DNA of 63,917 nucleotides, the filler included, from Lama guanicoe (lineage: Eukaryota), in the NCBI GenBank assembly GCA_013239625.1. It is 188 parts of 188 records of this genome, joined end to end, with 100 filler letters (N's around TTAATTAATTAA, not from the genome) between each part and the next. Parts side by side here need not be neighbours in the genome. Positions count along the whole stretch, not along the records: positions 49,015 to 49,255 come from PNXV01046456.1; positions 49,356 to 49,596 come from PNXV01046457.1; positions 49,697 to 49,937 come from PNXV01046458.1; positions 50,038 to 50,278 come from PNXV01046459.1; positions 50,379 to 50,619 come from PNXV01046460.1; positions 50,720 to 50,960 come from PNXV01046461.1; positions 51,061 to 51,301 come from PNXV01046462.1; positions 51,402 to 51,642 come from PNXV01046463.1; 180 more parts are not named here. One strand, 5' to 3'. Under the pieces are notes generated by a model that searched no databases, was not told where the DNA came from, and worked only from the letters and a program-made list of their open reading frames with translations. Positions 48,915-60,849 of the stretch are shown here, in pieces. The stretch's first letter is position 1. Each line of letters starts with the position of its first letter. A program made the position numbers and the translations under genes.

Positions 48915-49696
48915 NNNNNNNNNNNNNNNNNNNNNNNNNNNNNNNNNNNNNNNNNNNNTTAATTAATTAANNNNNNNNNNNNNNNNNNNNNNNNNNNNNN
49001 NNNNNNNNNNNNNNTGGGGGCAGCCTTGCTGCCCCAGCTTCCTGGAAAGCGCTTCTCCCTGTCAGCCTGCTCCTGACAGGCAGGCGGGGTGCAATCGGCG
49101 GGGTGCGATCAGCGGGGCGAGTGGGCAGGACTGGGGCTGCCCCTGCTAGAGCAGGGATTTTCTCCCATTTCCCGCTGTCGCTGCCCCTATCCACACACTC
49201 ACTGCACCGCTGCCCGCCTCTCAGGAGCAGGCTGACTGAGGACAAGCCTCCAGCGNNNNNNNNNNNNNNNNNNNNNNNNNNNNNNNNNNNNNNNNNNNNT
49301 TAATTAATTAANNNNNNNNNNNNNNNNNNNNNNNNNNNNNNNNNNNNNNNNNNNNCTCTAATGTAATTCTCTATGAATACCAATGGTAACAGAAGATTAT
49401 AAATACATGCCTTTGTCTTTATTTAGCCTTTGTATGTCATGATCCACCATCTTAGCTGAAATTTTTATATTTATAAATATTCTTTATTTTCATTAATAAT
49501 AATGAAAATTTAAAATCAACAGAGAGTAAGAAAGAAAAAAGAATATTAGAAAAAGTATCTGCAGTGTTACTTCCCCAGTTTTCCACATTCTTGATTNNNN
49601 NNNNNNNNNNNNNNNNNNNNNNNNNNNNNNNNNNNNNNNNTTAATTAATTAANNNNNNNNNNNNNNNNNNNNNNNNNNNNNNNNNNNNNNNNNNNN

Positions 49697-49937
49697 CATT
49701 GGTTAAGAAGAGGTCATTAGGGTGGACCCTAATCCAGTATGACTTATGTCCTGATAAAAAGGGGCAGTGTGGACACAGAGACACGTGTACATGAGAGATG
49801 ACATGATGAGATATAGAGAGAAGACAGTCGTGTCCAAGCCAAGCAGAGAGGCCTGGACCAGCCTCTCCATCCCATCCCTCAGGAGGATCCAGCCCTGCTG
49901 ACACCCTGCCTGCAGACTCCCCACCCCCAGGGCTGTG
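49697..49937 (+). mobile_element. MaLR LTR (MLT1B/C-like)
   Basis: gaggtcattagggtggaccctaatccagtatgact, caagccaagcagagaggcc, ccctgctgacacc. Confidence 0.88.
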
Positions 49938-51060
49938 NNNNNNNNNNNNNNNNNNNNNNNNNNNNNNNNNNNNNNNNNNNNTTAATTAATTAANNNNNNN
50001 NNNNNNNNNNNNNNNNNNNNNNNNNNNNNNNNNNNNNGGGAACACTGACACATTTTAAGATCATTTTCTCTACTACATTTAAAGAAGATAGGAATTTTCA
50101 AAAGTAGAACGTGGAGATCATTTTTAGGCTGTCGTAGTCATCTCACAAGGTGTAAAGATCACCTGAACAAAAGTAGTAGTAGAGCTGTGGAGTGAAAAGG
50201 TCAGGCAAAGGTCTATTTTAGCAAGAATATTCAGCAAGATTTGCTGTGTTGTATTGCAGAGCATACATCCACACTTTTNNNNNNNNNNNNNNNNNNNNNN
50301 NNNNNNNNNNNNNNNNNNNNNNTTAATTAATTAANNNNNNNNNNNNNNNNNNNNNNNNNNNNNNNNNNNNNNNNNNNNTAATTAAAAAGGATATAGGTAC
50401 TCAGAATCACATTTTGTGAATGAGTAGCTCAGATATGCCTCCTGAAGTCAGCCTTCAGGATGTGACTCAGACCACCAGACTGGGACTCCTGATGGCCAAC
50501 TGCTTTGGGTGAGGCAAAGGGAACTGCTGGCTGTCCTCTGGCCAAGAGATGGCCTCGCATGACGTTAAAAGCCTTGGTCTTCATCCTTACTGCTCAGCAT
50601 CCTTTCAGTTTTGGTATCANNNNNNNNNNNNNNNNNNNNNNNNNNNNNNNNNNNNNNNNNNNNTTAATTAATTAANNNNNNNNNNNNNNNNNNNNNNNNN
50701 NNNNNNNNNNNNNNNNNNNAGGATAATCTGAAATGTTACCTGCGTGAGAAGTTGCCTCCTCTGCAAAACAATCTAGAACCTCAGAGATCTGCTCCCTGGA
50801 CCCAGGCCTCCCTGACATGGTAGGTCGCAGGACCAAATGCCTGTGGCTGTCATGCTGACATCTAGGGCTCCCACTAGCCTCATGGAGTCCAGCAAGGTCC
50901 ATCCTTTCCATAGGCTCCTCCTTGAAAGGGCAGAAAAGGCAGGCCAGAGTTTGCAGAGAGNNNNNNNNNNNNNNNNNNNNNNNNNNNNNNNNNNNNNNNN
51001 NNNNTTAATTAATTAANNNNNNNNNNNNNNNNNNNNNNNNNNNNNNNNNNNNNNNNNNNN

Positions 51061-51301
51061 TTTGTTATATAAAATATGGGTGTTCAGATTCTAGATTGAT
51101 TCTTTTGTCTGCAGATACCCAGGTGTCCCTGCACCATTTGTTGTATAGACTATTCTTTCAGTGGAGGTTTTTTGGCCCCCTTGTGGAAAACAGTCTGTAA
51201 ATGTAAATTTTTTTCCCCCTGGGTTTTTATTGTGTCTCACAGATTTATTTAACCTAACTTATGCCAGTACCATACTGACTTAGTACTATAGCATTTTAGT
51301 A
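51061..51301 (-). mobile_element. Old L1 ORF2 fragment
   Basis: gcaccatttgttgtatagactattctttc, tatgccagtaccatactgacttagtactatagc. Confidence 0.75.
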
Positions 51302-52157
51302 NNNNNNNNNNNNNNNNNNNNNNNNNNNNNNNNNNNNNNNNNNNNTTAATTAATTAANNNNNNNNNNNNNNNNNNNNNNNNNNNNNNNNNNNNNNNNNNN
51401 NACCAGCTTTTTATGGAATAAGAGGTTAAATAAAAGGTTAAAAGTCTAAGTCAATGTTTTCTGATGGATTTAATCATAAAATCCTGCAACCTCCTTCTTA
51501 TTTCATTTTTATATATTCTTTCCACTTTCACCACATTCTTTTTGCTTTCTAAAATGTTCTTCCATCTTTTTTATGACATCTTGATGAATCATATATCTGT
51601 CATTATTATAAAGAACCTCAGTGTCCTAGGTCTAAGAATAGCNNNNNNNNNNNNNNNNNNNNNNNNNNNNNNNNNNNNNNNNNNNNTTAATTAATTAANN
51701 NNNNNNNNNNNNNNNNNNNNNNNNNNNNNNNNNNNNNNNNNNGTCTAGCTCCCAGTGTTGTTAAGAAGTCCAAAGTCATTCTGGTTCTTAGTCCTTTACG
51801 TTGGATTGGAAACTTCGGGGGTTTTCCCTTTATACCAGGAATCCTGCAGTTTCATGATGCTGTGTTCTGGGGGATCTTTTTCATTCATGGTGTTGGACAT
51901 TGAGTGCACTCCTTTCAACCCAGAGACTTTTTCTTTCTGCCTCGTTAAATGTCCTTGTACTCTTTCCTTAAAACTTCCTTCCCNNNNNNNNNNNNNNNNN
52001 NNNNNNNNNNNNNNNNNNNNNNNNNNNTTAATTAATTAANNNNNNNNNNNNNNNNNNNNNNNNNNNNNNNNNNNNNNNNNNNNTGTCGTCTTTGGAAAAA
52101 TGTCTCTTCAGTCCTCTGCCCATTTTTTAATGAGGCTTTTCGAAAAATTTGTATGAG

Positions 52158-52324
52158 TTTATTTTATTTTATTTTTTAAATATTTCATTTATTTATTATT
52201 GTATTATTTAATTATTTTTATTTTAGTAGGGGGTGGGAGGTAATTAGGTTCAGTTAGTTTTTTAGAAGAGGCACCGGGGATTGAACCCAGGACCTCATAC
52301 ATGCTAAGCATGTGCTCTACCACT
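52158..52324 (-). mobile_element. Camelid tRNA-derived SINE (Vic-1-like) with A-rich tail, next to an L1 fragment (52084-52131)
   Basis: Minus strand reads AGTGGTAGAGCACATGCTTAGCATGTATGAGGTCCTGGGTTCAATCCCCGGTGCCTC...AACCTAATTACCTCCC; Pol III B box present. Confidence 0.88.
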
Positions 52325-52805
52325 NNNNNNNNNNNNNNNNNNNNNNNNNNNNNNNNNNNNNNNNNNNNTTAATTAATTAANNNNNNNNNNNNNNNNNNNN
52401 NNNNNNNNNNNNNNNNNNNNNNNNAGATGCACAAATAGATAAATAAAGTGAAGTGTGGTTGGCACATACTTAGAGATCCTCACAGCAGTGAAGGCGGGGC
52501 ACCTAATCCAGCCACAAGGACACAATGACTGGGCCAAGCCTTGAACATAAGTAGGAGTCAGCCAAAAGGAGGCTGAGAAGGAAAAATATCCCGGGCTGAG
52601 TGACCACTCTTGTGGGATTCTGGGTCATGGCTTGTGACAGACCACCCTGCTGACTGCTCGTGAGCNNNNNNNNNNNNNNNNNNNNNNNNNNNNNNNNNNN
52701 NNNNNNNNNTTAATTAATTAANNNNNNNNNNNNNNNNNNNNNNNNNNNNNNNNNNNNNNNNNNNNGTTCTTTAAACATTATTCTTTAAAAATCTTTAGTA
52801 ATGAA

Positions 52806-53006
52806 TATGACCCAGCAAGCCCACTCCTGGGCATGTATCTGGAGAAAACTCTAATTCAAAAAGATACGTGCACCCCAGTGTTCATAGCAGCCCTATTTAC
52901 AACAGCCAAGGCATGGAAGCAACCTAAATGTCCACAAAGAAGGTGTGGTTTATTTATACAATGGACTACTACTCAGCCATAAAGAAGAATAAAATAATGC
53001 CATTTG
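52806..53006 (+). mobile_element. 5'-truncated L1, ORF2 C-terminus
   Basis: atatgacccagcaagcccactcctgggcat...aaagatacgtgcacccca...tactactcagccataaa. Confidence 0.92.
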
Positions 53007-53788
53007 NNNNNNNNNNNNNNNNNNNNNNNNNNNNNNNNNNNNNNNNNNNNTTAATTAATTAANNNNNNNNNNNNNNNNNNNNNNNNNNNNNNNNNNNNNN
53101 NNNNNNAGACTCACCTTCCAAGGGACGGGTCGTTTGGGGGCCCTCTGCCAACTCACCCTTCTTCTGCCCTTCGGAGTTCGGCTTTGTCAATGAAAAGCAC
53201 ACCCAGGGCACCACGGGTTCCCGTGTTTACAAAAGCAGCGGGCATATCCAAGAGAGTCTTGCTCTAATAAAGAAAATCTCCACTTGTTTTGCTTTGTTCT
53301 CTAGACATAAGTTAGGTCTCAGCTGTCACTGCCTGGGCGTTGAGTAANNNNNNNNNNNNNNNNNNNNNNNNNNNNNNNNNNNNNNNNNNNNTTAATTAAT
53401 TAANNNNNNNNNNNNNNNNNNNNNNNNNNNNNNNNNNNNNNNNNNNNGCAAGCGCCTGCGCGTCACGCCCCCAGGGCCTCACTGTGGCTCGTGGGCGCAG
53501 CAGACACGCTGTCCCTCTCCGGACCAGGGAGCCCCACCCGCCGTGTCTGGGCCCCCGGCAGCCCGGTGCCGGCCCTGCGGCCGGTGAGCACCTTGTTCTG
53601 TGTTTTCAGGGCCGGGGCTGAGGTGCACACGCGCTGACGTGGCCTGTGTGGCTTTCACTGGGGCAGACTTGGTGCCAGGAGCCCTGTCNNNNNNNNNNNN
53701 NNNNNNNNNNNNNNNNNNNNNNNNNNNNNNNNTTAATTAATTAANNNNNNNNNNNNNNNNNNNNNNNNNNNNNNNNNNNNNNNNNNNN

Positions 53789-53987
53789 TTTCAGGTGTAC
53801 AGCAAAGCGATTCAGTTATACATGTACATACTTATATACATTTTCAGTTTCTTTTCCATTATGGCTCATTACAAGAAATTGAAATTGAATCCCTGTGCTA
53901 TGCAGTAAGTCCTTGTTGTTTATCTAGTTTATATATAGTAATTTGTGTCTGTTAATGCTGAACTCCTAATCTATCCCTTCCCCACCA
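53789..53987 (-). mobile_element. L1 3'UTR fragment
   Basis: tttcaggtgtacagcaaagcgattcagttataca, ccctgtgctatgcagtaagtccttgttgtttatct, aactcctaatctatccc. Confidence 0.9.
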
Positions 53988-54811
53988 TAGGGATTATATC
54001 TTATCAAATAAAAGTTACATTAAATCACANNNNNNNNNNNNNNNNNNNNNNNNNNNNNNNNNNNNNNNNNNNNTTAATTAATTAANNNNNNNNNNNNNNN
54101 NNNNNNNNNNNNNNNNNNNNNNNNNNNNNAACCTCTTGTTTATTTATCCCCTTGGTGAGTGTGCTAGAGATTTTTCTACACATTGAAACAGTCACACTAC
54201 AGCGTCCTGTCTATTGACTTTCCATTTAACACTGTAGACCTCCTGGCAAACATATTGTTAAGAGCTCCTCCCCAAGCCCTAAAGTGCTATAGAATCAAGG
54301 TAGTTAAAGCTAGATCCTTTAACTTGATTTCCCTTCTGTGGAGTCAAATACTCGGTTTTCTGGTATGATCNNNNNNNNNNNNNNNNNNNNNNNNNNNNNN
54401 NNNNNNNNNNNNNNTTAATTAATTAANNNNNNNNNNNNNNNNNNNNNNNNNNNNNNNNNNNNNNNNNNNNGCCTCCAGTCCAGTGTGGAGTGGCCGGGGC
54501 GGGAGCTGGCAGCCCACCTGGCTTCTGGTCTTAGAGGCCAAGCTTTCAGCCCTTCGCCTCTGCGTTTGGCGAAGGCCGAGGGTTGCTCCTAGACGTGCTC
54601 TGCCGTGTGGACGCGGAGGGCCTTGGGTTTTGCCGGGAGCCTTGTCTCTGCCAGCTGAGGGCGCCGTGTGTCGTGGTGCGCTGCGCTGCCTGGTTTCCTT
54701 GTGCTGAAGTGNNNNNNNNNNNNNNNNNNNNNNNNNNNNNNNNNNNNNNNNNNNNTTAATTAATTAANNNNNNNNNNNNNNNNNNNNNNNNNNNNNNNNN
54801 NNNNNNNNNNN

Positions 54812-54958
54812 GACCGCCCAAGCCTGTCAAGCCGCCAAAGCCGCTCAGACCGCCCAAGCCGCTCAAGCCTCCCGAGCCTCTCAAGACTCTCAAGCCGCCC
54901 AAGCCGACCAAACCGCCCAAGCCTCTCAAGCCGCCGCCCAAGCCTCTCAAGCCGCCAC
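54812..54958. repeat. 9-bp imperfect tandem repeat (CAAGCCGCC/CAAGCCTCT), possibly coding
   Basis: About 16 units; the one length variant is a 3-nt insertion; reads as (PxK)n, (AxQ)n or minus-strand (GGL)n. Confidence 0.85.
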
Positions 54959-55834
54959 TGCCCCGATATTGCGGCGCCAAATTCAGCGGAAAAACGGAGC
55001 CCAAACGTAGCACAGACAAGGTAGCTGTTGGTTTACATACATAACCTGATTTNNNNNNNNNNNNNNNNNNNNNNNNNNNNNNNNNNNNNNNNNNNNTTAA
55101 TTAATTAANNNNNNNNNNNNNNNNNNNNNNNNNNNNNNNNNNNNNNNNNNNNAAAGAAAACTGATACTCAACTTCGCTATCAGGGAGGCAGTTGGGGAGG
55201 GTAGAACGGGGGCAAACCAGGGGACACGTGCCCCTGCTGAAGACAGCTGCCTTGACAGGACGGCCAGCCCCAGGTGGGCCCAGAGTTCCTGAACGTTCCG
55301 ATTTTTCCAAGAGAAGTTAGAAATGGGCATTTCTGTGTTTGAGGTCTCCTCATTAAAAACTGGGAAGTGGGTTTATTTTCACTCCATCCAGGANNNNNNN
55401 NNNNNNNNNNNNNNNNNNNNNNNNNNNNNNNNNNNNNTTAATTAATTAANNNNNNNNNNNNNNNNNNNNNNNNNNNNNNNNNNNNNNNNNNNNTTTACAT
55501 TTCCGGCTCCGAAACCACCCACAGCCTGCACTGGCAGCATTAATCACAGCAAAGAATCCCTGATGGTCACTTTATTTTTACTCCATAGGAGCCAGGTAAG
55601 TCCTGAATCCGGAGACCTGCCAAGTAGCCATTCATGGGGGAAGCAACACACTGGTGGCCAGAACACTTTCTAAAGGAGAGCGAGCACCTAGGGAGCCGCT
55701 CTTTAGTTTCCAACACAGGTCGCCCCCTGGGGCTNNNNNNNNNNNNNNNNNNNNNNNNNNNNNNNNNNNNNNNNNNNNTTAATTAATTAANNNNNNNNNN
55801 NNNNNNNNNNNNNNNNNNNNNNNNNNNNNNNNNN

Positions 55835-56075
55835 GCCCAGGAGTGTACAAGCCCAGGTTCATGCAGGCCCAGGTGTGGGCAGGTCCAGGAGTGTTTAGGC
55901 CCAGGTGAGTGTAGTCCTAGGAGGGTGCAGGCCCAGAAGAGCACCGGCCCTGGAGTGTGCAGGCCCAGGGATATGTAGGTGCAGGAGGGAGCAGGCCCAG
56001 GAGTTTTTAGGCCAAGGAGTGTGTAGGGACAGATGCGAGCAGGCCCTGGAGTGTGCAGCCCCAGGAGTGTGCAGG
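55835..56075 (+). repeat. 16-bp tandem satellite (GCCCAGGAGTGTGCAG)n
   Basis: 15 units in exact 16-bp register from 55835. Confidence 0.95.
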
Positions 56076-56175
56076 NNNNNNNNNNNNNNNNNNNNNNNNN
56101 NNNNNNNNNNNNNNNNNNNTTAATTAATTAANNNNNNNNNNNNNNNNNNNNNNNNNNNNNNNNNNNNNNNNNNNN

Positions 56176-56416
56176 TGGGGTACAGATACTTTTTCAAGTT
56201 AGTGTTCTCATTTTCTTGGATAAATATCCAGGAGTGGGATTGCTGGATCATAAGATAGTTCTAGTTTTAATTTTTTGAGGAACCTTCATACTTTGTGCAC
56301 AGAGCCTGTACCCATTTACATCCCCACCAGCAGTGTAGGAGGGCTCCCTTTTCTCCATATCCTTGCTGACACTTGTTATTTCTTGTTTTTTGAGAATAGC
56401 CATTCTGACAGGTATA
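56176..56416 (-). mobile_element. L1 ORF2 3' fragment
   Basis: ccaggagtgggattgctggatcata, ttttgaggaaccttcatact, atttacatccccaccagcagtgtaggaggg, atagccattctgacaggt. Confidence 0.92.
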
Positions 56417-56857
56417 NNNNNNNNNNNNNNNNNNNNNNNNNNNNNNNNNNNNNNNNNNNNTTAATTAATTAANNNNNNNNNNNNNNNNNNNNNNNNNNNN
56501 NNNNNNNNNNNNNNNNTTTTATTCTGATGTTGCAAATCTAGCTGAATTAGATGCTGTGGTTACCAAATGTTTGAAGGATGCAGAATAAGTTTATATTTTT
56601 GTGCAAGGCCAGACGCTTACAAGGTGCTTCCAAGGTCAAGGGTGTGTCCCTTTGATGCACAGATGTTTCAGAAACAAATTATCAAGGGGACTCAGATCGG
56701 CCAAAGAGTGGAACAATGTTGCAATAAACTGGAGGGACCTAGAAACAATTCTTCATTNNNNNNNNNNNNNNNNNNNNNNNNNNNNNNNNNNNNNNNNNNN
56801 NTTAATTAATTAANNNNNNNNNNNNNNNNNNNNNNNNNNNNNNNNNNNNNNNNNNNN

Positions 56858-57098
56858 ATGTGGTAGGACGGGGCACTCTTCCCGGTCCTGTGTGCATTGT
56901 GGGGTTTGCTCCCACTAATCCTTTCAGGTGTTTCTCTGGCTTCAGGTGGTTTCCTTACCTGCGTACAGTGATCCGTCCTCACCTGAAGGTTTGCTGGGGG
57001 CCCTCAGCAGAGCTTTCAAGTCCTGTCTGTGCGGCTCCCTCCCTCCTGATCCTTTGCCCAGTGAACTTGAGCTGCCTTGGCTTCCTCAGACAACCAGC
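56858..57098 (-). mobile_element. Old interspersed repeat, probably L1M 5' end; homologous to 27560-27778
   Basis: Shares the ctaatcctttcag and ttccttacctgc blocks in colinear order. Confidence 0.6.
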
Positions 57099-60000
57099 NN
57101 NNNNNNNNNNNNNNNNNNNNNNNNNNNNNNNNNNNNNNNNNNTTAATTAATTAANNNNNNNNNNNNNNNNNNNNNNNNNNNNNNNNNNNNNNNNNNNNGT
57201 ATGATTGGCAGTTCTTACATCAAGGGTATTGCTTATCTAAATGGTTATCCCCTTGGGGTTCGTATTTTCAAAATATAGCTCCATTAGAGGGGATGCTGGC
57301 AACAAAGCAAGAATATAAACACATGTGACAAGACATACATTATGCTTCTGTCTTTACGGAAACATGAAGTGCAAATTAGTTTTAACTGAAACTTAAAATA
57401 TGTTAAAACTTACAACATTATTAACATGAAGCAGAAATTNNNNNNNNNNNNNNNNNNNNNNNNNNNNNNNNNNNNNNNNNNNNTTAATTAATTAANNNNN
57501 NNNNNNNNNNNNNNNNNNNNNNNNNNNNNNNNNNNNNNNAACAAAAGAAAGAAAGAATGCATATGCTCTCTCTCCATTCTGCATTCTCATGTTTTTTCCT
57601 TCGTGCCCATAGTTACCAGGACTTTTGGTAAAGGCTTCCCTTAGAAAACTCTAACATTTAACTTATTCTCGCATGCTCAAGAAGTGTGCTTTTCAAATAC
57701 ATGCTGTATATTCTGCCTGAGAAAGTGCTATACCCTGGGCTTTTCTTTTTTAACATTTTCTTTCACAATAATTTGCAGAANNNNNNNNNNNNNNNNNNNN
57801 NNNNNNNNNNNNNNNNNNNNNNNNTTAATTAATTAANNNNNNNNNNNNNNNNNNNNNNNNNNNNNNNNNNNNNNNNNNNNACACACACACACACTCCACA
57901 TCTTCTTTATCCATTCAACAGATAGACTGTTTTTACCATTATGGTTCTATTGAACGATGCTGGTACAGAATATTTCCAAAGGACATACAAGAAGCTGAAT
58001 GGTGGTTGCTTTCAGGGAAGGGGACTGGGAGGCTGCAGCACCGTATTCCCTTTTGTACCTTTTGAATTTTATATCATATATTTGTATTAGGAAATTAAAA
58101 GATAAATTTAAAAAATAACTTNNNNNNNNNNNNNNNNNNNNNNNNNNNNNNNNNNNNNNNNNNNNTTAATTAATTAANNNNNNNNNNNNNNNNNNNNNNN
58201 NNNNNNNNNNNNNNNNNNNNNTTAAAGTGAAGCTATAAGATATCTAGATTTGTCTGTTCATAAGTCTGTGTACACATTATAGATATGAGATCTCTACTGC
58301 TAAAAAATTTCCAAAATTAAATTTATAAAAGAGGTCTGTTTAATTCCAGCAGTGTAACCTAATGTGCTCACAAATTAAATGTTTCTAAAATAAAAACTGA
58401 ACAAACTGACTTTCAGGTTTACATGAACTGGAAAATACTCAATATTAAGTTAAAACCTGGTANNNNNNNNNNNNNNNNNNNNNNNNNNNNNNNNNNNNNN
58501 NNNNNNTTAATTAATTAANNNNNNNNNNNNNNNNNNNNNNNNNNNNNNNNNNNNNNNNNNNNCACCCTTCGCCCGCGCAGGGCTGGGCCAGCAAGGTCTC
58601 CACAGAAAGAGACGAGACGAGCTTTTGTCTTCCACGTCCCTCCTAAGGGCAGGAGTTGCAGCTAGCTATTTTTGTTGCCCCTGAAGTGACCAAATGTGGA
58701 AGCTTGTCTACTGGCCTCGGGGAAGAGGCTCGGGGCACGTCCATGAGGCAGCGTGGCTAGGTTAGGTTAAAAAAGCCCCCTCTGTCAACGGTCCAGTTTC
58801 CTGNNNNNNNNNNNNNNNNNNNNNNNNNNNNNNNNNNNNNNNNNNNNTTAATTAATTAANNNNNNNNNNNNNNNNNNNNNNNNNNNNNNNNNNNNNNNNN
58901 NNNCAGCCGAGTGCTGCGTAATCTGTGGGGCAGAGCCTTGCTGACCATCCCCACCCTGCACTAATGACAACAGAGGTAGTGGCCTTCCCATCTCCCACCA
59001 GGAACTGAAGCTACAAAGACTATGGGGCAGAGCCTTGCCAACTATTCCTGCCCTATATAAGGTGAATGTCAGCAAAGAGGCAGCATCCTTCCTCTATCCT
59101 CAGTGGCTGTCCACTAATATAGAAGGCTTAAGTAGGAATTAAGGNNNNNNNNNNNNNNNNNNNNNNNNNNNNNNNNNNNNNNNNNNNNTTAATTAATTAA
59201 NNNNNNNNNNNNNNNNNNNNNNNNNNNNNNNNNNNNNNNNNNNNGTTACCGGAGGAGGCTGGGAAGAGCCGCCTCCCAGGTCTGCAGGCCGGGCGGCCTG
59301 AGACGTGGCTGGACCACTCAACAAATCCCGCGCGACCGGACTAAGTCGGGCGCCATCTCCGTTGCTGTCCACCCAAGACATCACCTCCGTTCAGTTTTGT
59401 GAGTGTCTGTTTCCCTTTTCTAAAAAAATGATGTCTGCCTCGTCAGACAAGTGAGCTCAAAGCTGCATTTGTCTCCGCGGCTGGANNNNNNNNNNNNNNN
59501 NNNNNNNNNNNNNNNNNNNNNNNNNNNNNTTAATTAATTAANNNNNNNNNNNNNNNNNNNNNNNNNNNNNNNNNNNNNNNNNNNNGGACGCGTTGGGTGA
59601 TCTCTGCACACTGATTTGCGAGTTTATGAGGCCAAAGAACGTTCGCAGAAGTCCATTTGATTTCATTATGCTTGCCTCTGGGACGACGGGAAGAGGGAAG
59701 GAGCGGCAAGGAACACGCCAGGACTCCTCTTGCTTTGAGGAGAAGGCTAGCCTCCATTTTCAAGTAGTTTGAAGAGTGGAGTTCGGTGCCGGCTGTCCTG
59801 GAGACGCAGGACTGGGACCAACAGCANNNNNNNNNNNNNNNNNNNNNNNNNNNNNNNNNNNNNNNNNNNNTTAATTAATTAANNNNNNNNNNNNNNNNNN
59901 NNNNNNNNNNNNNNNNNNNNNNNNNNAAAATTCTTAAAAGAAGTGTCTGGAGGTCTTACTATTTATGATAGACTTTCCTAACTCTAAGGACCCACAATTA

Positions 60001-60608
60001 AGGCTCCAAATATTAACTGTGTCAGTGCTCTCCCTCACCAAGGCTGCTAGCCTTTTGGGCCATCTAACACTCTTCCCAGATCCCCCAACTTATAGCTTCC
60101 CTGGCGCTTTGTTGATAACCTGTCCTCTGCCCCGACATGGACTTTCCCCAGCGTCCGTCCCATCCAGNNNNNNNNNNNNNNNNNNNNNNNNNNNNNNNNN
60201 NNNNNNNNNNNTTAATTAATTAANNNNNNNNNNNNNNNNNNNNNNNNNNNNNNNNNNNNNNNNNNNNTTTTTTTTCCCTTCCTTGGTTCTTTGTGAATGG
60301 GCCAAATCAGACCTTCTTCTGAAAGATCCAGAGAGTGGTTTGTCTTTGAACAAGAACTCACGGAAAAGACATCCGGCATTTCTTTTCTCAAATTTTAAAA
60401 TACAGAGTCCCAGTATTTTCAGAGCGAATTTTAAGGTTTATGGCTCTGAAAATTGCAAGTTAAAAGGCACATTAGCGGTTATTTCTGAATGGCACCAGAA
60501 ATTATGGGNNNNNNNNNNNNNNNNNNNNNNNNNNNNNNNNNNNNNNNNNNNNTTAATTAATTAANNNNNNNNNNNNNNNNNNNNNNNNNNNNNNNNNNNN
60601 NNNNNNNN

Positions 60609-60849
60609 TGTGGAGTGCAGAGAATAGTGGTTGAATAATACCAACAGAGGCAATTATTGCGTTCACATGATTACCGAGAGCCGTGATAATCATGGTGAGC
60701 ATCCTCTTGAGCTACAAATATCCTTACATTCTGGACAATTTTAAGCTATCCACCCATGAACTTCTTACCAAACCTTTCTTGTCAGTAATATTCCAATATA
60801 ATCATGAATTTCAAGTATCTAACCATCTCTGCAAACCATTATATACCCC
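60609..60849 (-). mobile_element. ERV-L pol RNase H remnant (degraded)
   Basis: Minus translation NGLQRWLDT*..WNITDKKGLVRSSWVD / NVRIFVAQEDAH resembles recalled ERV-L NGLAGWSGTW..WKIGDKEIWGRGMWID..NVKIFVSHVNAH, with stops and frameshifts. Confidence 0.7.

Noticed and set aside
59052..59062. CCTATATAAGG as an SRF CArG box
   Set aside because: Seven A/T bases lie between CC and GG; a CArG box needs six
60362..60445. Minus-strand 84-nt exon-like segment (aattttcag...gtgagt)
   Set aside because: Stops in all three frames and no identifiable gene; splice-like pairs occur often by chance
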